In this document: piece after piece, positions 56,440-64,000 of the stretch
Layout of the letters: each line of letters opens with the position of its first letter
Numbering within the stretch: the first letter of the stretch is position 1
Source of the DNA: a virus
Reading direction: 5' to 3' (one strand)
IMG/VR virus record: IMGVR_UViG_3300008117_000010
Span: 32,001 to 96,000 of that record
Length of the DNA stretch: 64,000 bases
Notes under the pieces: model-generated
Databases searched by the model: none
Told to the model about the DNA's origin: nothing
The model's input: only the letters and a program-made list of their open reading frames with translations
Program-made: the position numbers and the translations under genes

Positions 56440-57375
56440 TTATAAATCTGATAAATTGATCTCGTCTCCTTCGAAATTTAAATCATCAATATCAAAAACA
56501 TCATCATCATTATCATTTGATGTTTCAGTTTCTAATTTTAAAACTTCTAAATCTTGAGATAATTTCTCACTTGTATTCTTTAATAAATCAAATATTGAAA
56601 GCTGATTTGGATCTACAATAATAGGAGTAACAACCGTGTCAACTAAATCAGCATTTTTTCTTTCATTCATATAATTTATTAAGAAGTTATGAATTTGAGA
56701 TTGCTGTACCATCCACGTTTTAGGATGTCCAAATCGTAGTGCATAATTAAAGTGATTATAGAATGACCAAAAAGAATTTGGATCACTGTTATAATCAAAC
56801 TCACACTTGCGTATTTGATCTCGAATGATTCCAAGCTGCTCTTTATTTATATCCTCTAGTTCAATAAAGATTCTTCCCGCAATTTCTGCTTGCTCTTGTT
56901 TAGTCAAGAGGTGTTGCTTCATTACATCTTTATCTGCAACCAGTGTATTAAAATATAGATCAGCTTTACTAATCTGTTGATCAATAGTATTGATAGCTTC
57001 TTGATCAGCATTACCCATATGCTTACGGCTAAATGTATTCAAGTTATTACCAACAATATGACTTGAGTTAGCATGTACATAACCACCTACAACAGATAAG
57101 AATCTTACCATTTTATTATAGGAGTTTGTCCATGACATCATCATAGATATATCTGGATCATTACTACGACTTAACCAATATGTACCTGTGGCAATTTGTC
57201 CATCGTTAGTAGAACGATATAATTCATTTACAATACTTAAACCTGCTGCTTCAAGTTTAGATTTAATGGTATCAATAATTAATCCATGAGTAATTACAGT
57301 ATATCTACCCCCATGATTGGGAGTAGCTACTGCTTTTAATTCTGCTTCTGTTGAAAATAATGTTCTTCTTGGCAT
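56440..57375 (-). CDS. DUF932-like protein with acidic C-terminal tail
   Basis: YTVITH...WTNSYNK...RKH...SFWSFYNHFNYAL pattern, followed by a DDDVFDIDDL tail. Confidence 0.6.
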   Translation of the reverse strand: MPRRTLFSTEAELKAVATPNHGGRYTVITHGLIIDTIKSKLEAAGLSIVNELYRSTNDGQIATGTYWLSRSNDPDISMMMSWTNSYNKMVRFLSVVGGYVHANSSHIVGNNLNTFSRKHMGNADQEAINTIDQQISKADLYFNTLVADKDVMKQHLLTKQEQAEIAGRIFIELEDINKEQLGIIRDQIRKCEFDYNSDPNSFWSFYNHFNYALRFGHPKTWMVQQSQIHNFLINYMNERKNADLVDTVVTPIIVDPNQLSIFDLLKNTSEKLSQDLEVLKLETETSNDNDDDVFDIDDLNFEGDEINLSDL

Positions 57376-57376
57376 T

Positions 57377-59287
57377 TTAAAATAATTTTAATTGTGAATC
57401 TTCGATTACATGAGTAATATTTTCTATTTCTTTATTACACTTTTGTATATAAAAAGCATAGTCAATATTATATTCATGCCATTCTTTTTCTTGATGTAAA
57501 TTATATACCGTTTGCAACCATCTTCCTGCTTCTATTTGAATTTCACGACCATCATTACTAACCTTAACTAACTTACAGCCAGAATTAGATACATAATATC
57601 TAACTGTTTTTTGTAATTTTTTCCTAGTTAGTTCATTGTTTATGAAACTCAATTCATTAAATACCCAACCATGCGTTGCTTTTACTGCACCACAAAAATC
57701 AAAGATATTTCTAGAAGACATTATAGTTTCTTCGATAGGAATGTTATTTATAAAGTAGTTGTAGATAGCTTTACGAATAATAAGAAAACTTTTATTCTTA
57801 TGTAACATTAGATTTTCAAATTCAAATCTACCTTTACATTTAGTCTTACCACTTTTAAAAATTCCAATATAGTTATTTACATCTGCAAGAATAATTTTTT
57901 TATACTCATCATGTTCAAGTTGTAGTTGTGTTATATCTTCCCATTCTTTACAAATACTTAGATATAATTCTTTTTGATTTGTAGGAATTATCATCTCTAG
58001 ACCATCTGTATTCTGCATTAACGGAATAGAATTTGGAATTCTAGTAGATAACATTTCATATAACATTAACAAACTTAACTGACCATTAATAGTAATACTC
58101 ATAGTGAGTTGTGGGTCATATAAGAAAGCATTCTTATCATTACTCAAACCATAAGTACTATTGAGAATAATTTTATATACATAATTACGTGGATCACTTT
58201 TCGGAATCTTTTTTCTTTCTTGGAAAAACCATTCATACTGGGCACAAAATGCTTCTTTTGGAATATGTGCTGGAGACCACCTATTTATAATAGCAAGGTT
58301 AGGATAAAAACTAACAACATCACTAGACATAATAATTGTGTCTTCGCTTTCTTCATATATACCAGAAGTTCTAGCACCATGAAGTCCGCCTAAACCAAAA
58401 TCGGTTACAACATCTTTATGTTTTAGTGAATAATGAAAAGCATTTTTAGTCTCTTCAGGATTAATACATAGCTCTTCAAACTTTTGACGTATTTCATCAA
58501 AGTCCGGTGTGTTAAATTTAATATATGGTAGTATTAAATCTTTGACTGCAATGTTGTATCGTTTAGTTCTTGAGTTACGTAAATCATATTTACTATACCC
58601 TGTTGCCTGACTTAAGAAGTGAAGAAATAATTCTTTTGAAATTCTTGGCTCTGAAGCATTGTACAAATTAATTTTATATTCAGTTGATAAGGCTTTACGT
58701 AAATTAATTTGATCTTTACTTAACTCCATTATTTGTTTAGTACTGAATATATCATTTTTACAATAGTCAATTATTTCTTGTAATTCTTCAAATGTTTGAA
58801 TTTTAGTAGTATGATGTATTGGCATATCTTGTAGATTATACCAATCCATTGAAAACTGAATCCATTTTAAGCTAGATAACTTAGCCTTATTATCCCAATG
58901 ATTTAGTTTAAATACATCTAACTGTTTAATTTTAATATCACTTTCTTTAAAATCAAGAAAGTCATTATTATTTCTAGCAGTAATAATGTATTGTGCTTTT
59001 TGATAAATCCACTCCGCAAATTTTGTAGGAGATAGAGACATCAAATATTCTTGATTCTCAAGTATATGCTGCGTCAATTGAGCATCAAAAGCTAAACCAT
59101 TAAAAGAAATATGCCATTCTGTATAGCGAATATTATTATGTAGAAACTTTATAAAATCCTCTAAATCATTTCTTAGTTCATGAACAACAAACACTTTTGT
59201 ATTATCTGATTTATAATCTACAAATACAGCTACAAAACAATTACTAAGTGTTTCATAGTCCATTACCCAGTTTGTTCTTTTATACAT
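57377..59287 (-). CDS. polB: DNA polymerase, family B, with 3'-5' exonuclease
   Basis: Exo I MDYET, Exo II FNGLAFD, Exo III YCKND; polymerase motifs SDVVSFYPN, KIILNSTYG and QNTDGL. Confidence 0.92.
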   Translation of the reverse strand: MYKRTNWVMDYETLSNCFVAVFVDYKSDNTKVFVVHELRNDLEDFIKFLHNNIRYTEWHISFNGLAFDAQLTQHILENQEYLMSLSPTKFAEWIYQKAQYIITARNNNDFLDFKESDIKIKQLDVFKLNHWDNKAKLSSLKWIQFSMDWYNLQDMPIHHTTKIQTFEELQEIIDYCKNDIFSTKQIMELSKDQINLRKALSTEYKINLYNASEPRISKELFLHFLSQATGYSKYDLRNSRTKRYNIAVKDLILPYIKFNTPDFDEIRQKFEELCINPEETKNAFHYSLKHKDVVTDFGLGGLHGARTSGIYEESEDTIIMSSDVVSFYPNLAIINRWSPAHIPKEAFCAQYEWFFQERKKIPKSDPRNYVYKIILNSTYGLSNDKNAFLYDPQLTMSITINGQLSLLMLYEMLSTRIPNSIPLMQNTDGLEMIIPTNQKELYLSICKEWEDITQLQLEHDEYKKIILADVNNYIGIFKSGKTKCKGRFEFENLMLHKNKSFLIIRKAIYNYFINNIPIEETIMSSRNIFDFCGAVKATHGWVFNELSFINNELTRKKLQKTVRYYVSNSGCKLVKVSNDGREIQIEAGRWLQTVYNLHQEKEWHEYNIDYAFYIQKCNKEIENITHVIEDSQLKLF

Positions 59288-59299
59288 AAATAGAGAAAT

Positions 59300-59321
59300 A
59301 AAAAGGGGAATTGCTTCCCCT
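59300..59321 (-). terminator. Rho-independent terminator
   Basis: Minus strand reads AGGGGAA-GCAA-TTCCCCT-TTTT (GNRA loop plus U-tract). Confidence 0.85.
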
Positions 59322-59344
59322 ATATTTATTGTATGTACTTACAA

Positions 59345-59773
59345 TTATTGTTGAGATACAAGCTTCATCATATTAGGAATAGATCCTAATTGACTCGCAT
59401 CTGGTTGTGGTAGTGGTGCAAAAAATTCTTTGTAATTAAAACCATCCTTATTAACTGCAAAGCTATTTATAAAATAATCTATGTCAGCAGGATCTTCTAA
59501 GTAATATTCCTGGAAGGTTTCAATTGCTCTACGCTCTTCTTTAAAAGGACGTTGATTACCTTCTTTTGAAGATTTACGAACTTCAGGATCACCATTTGCA
59601 TCAATCTTTGGTAACATATGAAATTGTTGTTTTTTAATGTTACCAATAAGAGCAAGTACATTTAATTCCCGGTCATAAATACCTTCCACATAAACACAGT
59701 TTTCAGTTGTTGGAATTAGTTTAAATGTTGGATGTCCTTTCCACGAGGACTTAATTAGCATCATATTGTTCAT
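59345..59773 (-). CDS. Hypothetical protein
   Basis: 142-aa ORF within the replication operon. Confidence 0.6.
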   Translation of the reverse strand: MNNMMLIKSSWKGHPTFKLIPTTENCVYVEGIYDRELNVLALIGNIKKQQFHMLPKIDANGDPEVRKSSKEGNQRPFKEERRAIETFQEYYLEDPADIDYFINSFAVNKDGFNYKEFFAPLPQPDASQLGSIPNMMKLVSQQ

Positions 59774-59785
59774 AATAAATTTTTG

Positions 59786-60349
59786 TCAAAGATAATCAAT
59801 CAAATCAATTTTGACTGCAGGTTCTGTAAATTTTTCTTGATCTAAATCTGGTAAAGCACATAATTCACCTACAGATTTCAACAGTTCTTCAGTAACACCT
59901 AGTAAATTTGCATAGTCTTTAATATACTTTTGTGGATTAAGATAACTATCAATATAAATAAGGCTACTATTATTATTAGAAAAGAACTGTAGAATTTTAT
60001 CTTTATGGTTTTTACTTATTGTGGAATACTTACCAGCGATTATTTTATCAAATAAATCATTTTCATCAGAAAAATCAAAGACATAAAGACCTCTATCTTC
60101 AGATATATAAAAAAAGTTTTCAAATTTTGGATGAGATAGTAAAACCTTCTTTTCAAAGTTCTTAAATTCTAAATCATCCCGTAAATAATACAAGCACAAT
60201 AACTTTCGATCTGTCACTTTGTAAGTATCTAACCATTCCATATAAGTTTGAATTGGTGTAACACTTCCTCCTCTCTTAATTTCTAAAAGTGGATAGAGAA
60301 AGATCTTTGATTTTTGTGCATACTTCGTATACAATTTTTTAATTCTCAT
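59786..60349 (-). CDS. Hypothetical protein
   Basis: 187 aa (KSKIFLYPLL...GKYS). ATGA overlap with the upstream nuclease gene. Confidence 0.6.
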   Translation of the reverse strand: MRIKKLYTKYAQKSKIFLYPLLEIKRGGSVTPIQTYMEWLDTYKVTDRKLLCLYYLRDDLEFKNFEKKVLLSHPKFENFFYISEDRGLYVFDFSDENDLFDKIIAGKYSTISKNHKDKILQFFSNNNSSLIYIDSYLNPQKYIKDYANLLGVTEELLKSVGELCALPDLDQEKFTEPAVKIDLIDYL

Positions 60350-61338
60350 TTAAATTCAATTAAATTGTGAATGACATCGTAGGGTAAACAAAAATTTCTA
60401 TTTGCATAATGCCAATCCGCTTTATTAAAGATATCACTTGCTTTGGCTTGCCATCTCACTAATACATCCTGCGCTACTGGGAAACATTTTATTTGCTTAT
60501 ACTTATCAATCACACAAAAATTAAACTTAATGTTTTGCAAGGGCACATTATAGATTTTTGAAACAAGTGTAACATATATTGCAGCTTGTAACCAATATGA
60601 ATAATATTCAACAGAGTCTGGAAATTCTAATAATGATTTAGATGTAGTCTTGATATCATTAATGTAATAGATTCCATCTTTGATTGTTAAGTTATCTAAA
60701 TAACCATGCAATCCCCAAGAATATTGCAAAAATTTATCAACATTTAAATGCAATTCATTTAGCTTTTCAACGTCTTCATCTAAAAATAAAGTTCGTTTAA
60801 TTTCTAAATTAGATTTCATTTGAGATGCTACATCTTTACATCGATCATATGTCTCTTGGTCAATTACACTTTTATTTTCTTTCTCACATAAGAATTTAAA
60901 ATAGTCTTTATTCTCATCGACCAAGACTTTTTCAAGTCTCTGTTCATCAGTTTTTAATTTCTGATGTAAATTCAAATCAATTAATATGCTTAATAGCTCT
61001 TGTTCATAACTACTTAAGTCTGGATTACTATTACCATATGTTTGATAAATTAATTCAACAACTTTTTTATTATTTGCAGCTGGTAAATTACCTGGCAATA
61101 CTAAATAATTATTATTGAAATTATCTTCTTCAAGAAATAATAAGTGAATAAGTCTTCCTTCAATTAAATGGGCATCGAGCTTTTCTTCTCTTTGTCTTAA
61201 AATATAATATTCATAAAATAATTTTGGTGAGTATAATAGTTTATTTAAACTACTATAACTAAAAGAGAAGTTCTTCGAAAAGAACCTCTCTTCAGCAATC
61301 ACATCACTTAAAATTCCTTGACCTGAATAATCAATCAT
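60346..61338 (-). CDS. PD-(D/E)XK exonuclease (RecB/ExoVIII-like)
   Basis: FSYSSL...GRLIH...E...HGYLDNL...INDIKTT...YWLQAAIY. Confidence 0.85.
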   Translation of the reverse strand: MIDYSGQGILSDVIAEERFFSKNFSFSYSSLNKLLYSPKLFYEYYILRQREEKLDAHLIEGRLIHLLFLEEDNFNNNYLVLPGNLPAANNKKVVELIYQTYGNSNPDLSSYEQELLSILIDLNLHQKLKTDEQRLEKVLVDENKDYFKFLCEKENKSVIDQETYDRCKDVASQMKSNLEIKRTLFLDEDVEKLNELHLNVDKFLQYSWGLHGYLDNLTIKDGIYYINDIKTTSKSLLEFPDSVEYYSYWLQAAIYVTLVSKIYNVPLQNIKFNFCVIDKYKQIKCFPVAQDVLVRWQAKASDIFNKADWHYANRNFCLPYDVIHNLIEFK

Positions 61339-62470
61339 AATTATAATCTAGTTTATTAATTGATACAATATCTGTAATATTACATACTCTATTATTTATA
61401 AAGTCTCTTACTTCTTGATCTAAAAGATCTTGAAACTCATCAGTTAATAACTCCTTTTTTTCTTTTACAATAGTAAGAAGTGTATTTATTCTCCAATGTT
61501 TTGCATCACCATATTTATTAAAGTAATTTAAAAGACTCTTATAATTCTTATGTCTATATGCAGGAAAATTATATATAATATTATTATACTTATAAATAAA
61601 CATTGCTAGGTATAATGCGCTTTGTTCAAAATTACATTGAGTAATAATACCTAAAACAACATTAATATTATCTAAACTTCCTGTTTCAACCATTAAAGCA
61701 ATACTTTGATATGATTCACGAGTTAATACGGTCTCACCAATATGTTTTGAAATTACTGCATCAGAAATTAATTTCTTTCTGTAATTTAATATAGTAGAAA
61801 TTGTATCATTACTTAGTGAATATATTGGTCCACGTGATATTAAACATTTATTATTTTCTTCAAATAAATATATCTCTGAATTGATTGCATTTCTTTCATT
61901 ATATCCAGTACTACTATCACTATATAATAAAAATGAAACATAATGATAGTCCGATATATTAAAGTTTGGACAATCATATTCGATAGTTTTTATTATAGAA
62001 TTATAAGTATGGTTCTTATAAAAATAATTTGAAAATAATTTATATTGTTTTACTTCATTATAAAGCTTACTGGTTACATCAAACATATTTTCTAATTCAG
62101 AAGCTAGAATAGTTATATAATTATATATTTGACTACCATGATATTTTGGGAAAAAATAATCATTCGGTATAACATAAGCCGTTGCCTCATCAATTTTTCT
62201 TGATATTTTCCATCCTTTATTTAAACCATATTCTCTAAACTTAGATCTTGGTATTTTAGAATTTCTATCAAAATAACAATTAGAGAGATCAATATTTTCA
62301 TTACTAACTTTATCTACAATTAGATTAGAAATATCAATTAAATCAGTATAACCTGATGTAAAGGAGTTCTCCTTTACATTATATACACCATAATGATTTC
62401 CGATTTTTTGTGTTGCAACTTTAACTAATTGGAAGTCATCTGTTATATTAATTATCTTGGGCATTAACAT
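61331..62470 (-). CDS. Hypothetical protein with BRCT-like segment (paralog of 62448-63521)
   Basis: SKIPRSKFREY...WKISRKIDEATAYVI and C-terminal DNINVVLGIITQCNFEQS. Confidence 0.5.
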   Translation of the reverse strand: MLMPKIINITDDFQLVKVATQKIGNHYGVYNVKENSFTSGYTDLIDISNLIVDKVSNENIDLSNCYFDRNSKIPRSKFREYGLNKGWKISRKIDEATAYVIPNDYFFPKYHGSQIYNYITILASELENMFDVTSKLYNEVKQYKLFSNYFYKNHTYNSIIKTIEYDCPNFNISDYHYVSFLLYSDSSTGYNERNAINSEIYLFEENNKCLISRGPIYSLSNDTISTILNYRKKLISDAVISKHIGETVLTRESYQSIALMVETGSLDNINVVLGIITQCNFEQSALYLAMFIYKYNNIIYNFPAYRHKNYKSLLNYFNKYGDAKHWRINTLLTIVKEKKELLTDEFQDLLDQEVRDFINNRVCNITDIVSINKLDYNYD

Positions 62471-63521
62471 AAGCTTCTATTTTTTGAAAATCCACTTTAA
62501 AATTTATATCCACACCATTATAATACTTATCGCTTATTCTATCTAAATCATATTGAATCTCATCATTTAATTCTTTTATTATTATATTTTTAACATCATC
62601 TGTTAATACTTTTCTTTTTATACACTCCCCTATAAATTTTAGTACTGTCATATATTGAAAATCTGAAATTTCACAAGCTCGTTTTTCAAATGATTGATAT
62701 AATTTAAGTTTTTTAAACCTATTTAATCTCCAACCATCTTCCTTTATTAATTTCCAGAGATAATAAAATGATTTATTAATATCACATGTAAATATTAAAG
62801 AAGCAGCAGTTGATTGATCATCAGGTTGTCCACGCAACATATTTCTTATTGTGTAATAATTCTCTTCATTAATATAAAAAGTTGCACAATTATTAAGAAA
62901 ATCGTTTTCGTTAATAACCTTAAGTTTATTCTGAAGTAAATTATATAATATAACTAATCCTTCACTGGTTAAAAAACAATAAGAATTATCACAACGATTA
63001 TTATAGTTGTTATTTTTAATACTATAACTATAATTATCTGAGACATCTTCTGAATAAAATAAACCAGAACTAATATCTAAATCTGATATTAATATATCTG
63101 ATTTTCTATATACCGCTTGATTAAATGAATCAATTTCTTCAGTTACATTAAAATGAAGATTAACTCCATTAGATTCTATAATATAGTTACAAGTAGATTG
63201 ATATGTATTAGTATTACCAATAGTATTATTACTTAGTATAACTGTAGCTTTTGTAATATTATTTGTAATTCTAGCTCCAGCTTGTCTAATATATTCTTTT
63301 AAATCTGATTGTTTGGAATTATATCCATCTAATATATACACCCTATCATTTGTTGAAATAGATTGTGACCCGCCTTTTAAGCGAGCCACAATCTTATCAA
63401 TAGCATCTTTAGAAACTTTATGAATAACCTTAGAGTATAAGTGATTATTCATTGTTTCTAAATACCAATATGATCCTTCAACAAACTTTAGTTTTTTAAC
63501 TAAAGCATTATCTATTGTCAT
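62448..63521 (-). CDS. Hypothetical protein with BRCT-like segment
   Basis: DRVYIL...DLKEYIRQAGARITNNITKATVIL and C-terminal DDQSTAASLIFTCDINKS. Confidence 0.55.
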   Translation of the reverse strand: MTIDNALVKKLKFVEGSYWYLETMNNHLYSKVIHKVSKDAIDKIVARLKGGSQSISTNDRVYILDGYNSKQSDLKEYIRQAGARITNNITKATVILSNNTIGNTNTYQSTCNYIIESNGVNLHFNVTEEIDSFNQAVYRKSDILISDLDISSGLFYSEDVSDNYSYSIKNNNYNNRCDNSYCFLTSEGLVILYNLLQNKLKVINENDFLNNCATFYINEENYYTIRNMLRGQPDDQSTAASLIFTCDINKSFYYLWKLIKEDGWRLNRFKKLKLYQSFEKRACEISDFQYMTVLKFIGECIKRKVLTDDVKNIIIKELNDEIQYDLDRISDKYYNGVDINFKVDFQKIEAYVNAQDN

Positions 63522-64000
63522 TGAATTGTCATTTCTACAATTTTTGGATCAAGTAATAATTTTTGAAACTTATTCTTATTACCATTAACAATACCACGAA
63601 TCAAATAATATTTCAGATCATTTGTAAAGATGTCCTGATCATTAATTAATTCTTTTACTCTATCAATAAATGATTGATTGATTGTATTATCTTTTGCATA
63701 TGTCAATGCCGTATTTAGTATACGGGTTGTCATTATGCTTGCAATATCTGCACGATAACTACCAAATTCATTTACAGCTTTCATCAATTGACCTTTGATA
63801 CTTGGCCAATCTTTTTCAGTCAAGACTTTTATTGGCGTAATAAGTTTATCTAGTTTATTATTAATAAACATATTAAACATAGTAGTAAACTCTGGACCAA
63901 CAGAACCTTCACCAATCATTTGAATCATAGGAAGATTGCTTTCAAAAGTTTCAAATGAACTAATAGAATTAAAGAAAGTGGTAATACTACGAGCATTAGT
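63518..64000 (-). CDS. Partial MoxR-like AAA+ ATPase (C-terminal part)
   Basis: The frame is open to the window edge: TNARSITTFFNSIS...IGEGSVG. NARS corresponds to the sensor-II (PRS-like) motif. Confidence 0.6.
   Translation of the reverse strand, partial: TNARSITTFFNSISSFETFESNLPMIQMIGEGSVGPEFTTMFNMFINNKLDKLITPIKVLTEKDWPSIKGQLMKAVNEFGSYRADIASIMTTRILNTALTYAKDNTINQSFIDRVKELINDQDIFTNDLKYYLIRGIVNGNKNKFQKLLLDPKIVEMTIQ

Noticed and set aside
37033-59287. Introns or inteins in the RNAP or PolB
   Set aside because: The ORFs are uninterrupted, catalytic motifs are normally spaced, and no intein splice-junction or homing endonuclease motifs were seen.
1-64000. Stop-codon reassignment (TAG/TGA), known in some crAss-like phages
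   Set aside because: Multi-kb ORFs are intact in code 11, and TAG (6521, 55437) and TGA (1827, 7843, 13805) serve as genuine stops at gene junctions.
1-64000. tRNA, rRNA or other structured RNA genes
   Set aside because: Intergenic gaps are nearly all under 75 nt. The largest (6522-6660) holds hairpins and a promoter-like word but no cloverleaf.

Overview
This AT-rich (~30% GC by eye), gene-dense window comes from a crAss-like (Crassvirales-type) podovirus genome in standard genetic code. The host is probably a Bacteroidota, given A-rich leaders and no obvious Shine-Dalgarno sites. The + strand (1-55433) holds the late/virion module: a partial capsid-associated protein, a Cys-rich fibre/decoration cassette, an IHF/HU-like protein, two tail ring proteins and a 1686-aa tail stabilisation/muzzle protein. 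It then continues with putative ejected cargo proteins (1406, 936, 940, 1071 aa) and three giant proteins (3239, 4181, 1892 aa). The 4181-aa protein is the virion RNA polymerase (RIP...GSDFDVDK). The - strand (55437-64000) holds replication genes: a MazG-like NTP pyrophosphatase, a DUF1599-like protein, a DUF932-like protein, a family B DNA polymerase, a PD-(D/E)XK nuclease, two paralogous BRCT-like proteins and a partial MoxR-type AAA ATPase. Three observations stand out. (1) About 28 copies of a Phi-x-x-G-(G) linker motif punctuate domain boundaries in three cargo genes (13.8-24.1 kb), suggesting polyprotein processing or a capsid-loading signal. (2) A repeat-bracketed effector-domain cassette sits inside the 3239-aa protein. 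(3) AlkB-, SLOG-, macro-like and ASCH-like modules are fused to the virion RNAP. All family names come from motif recognition without database searches.
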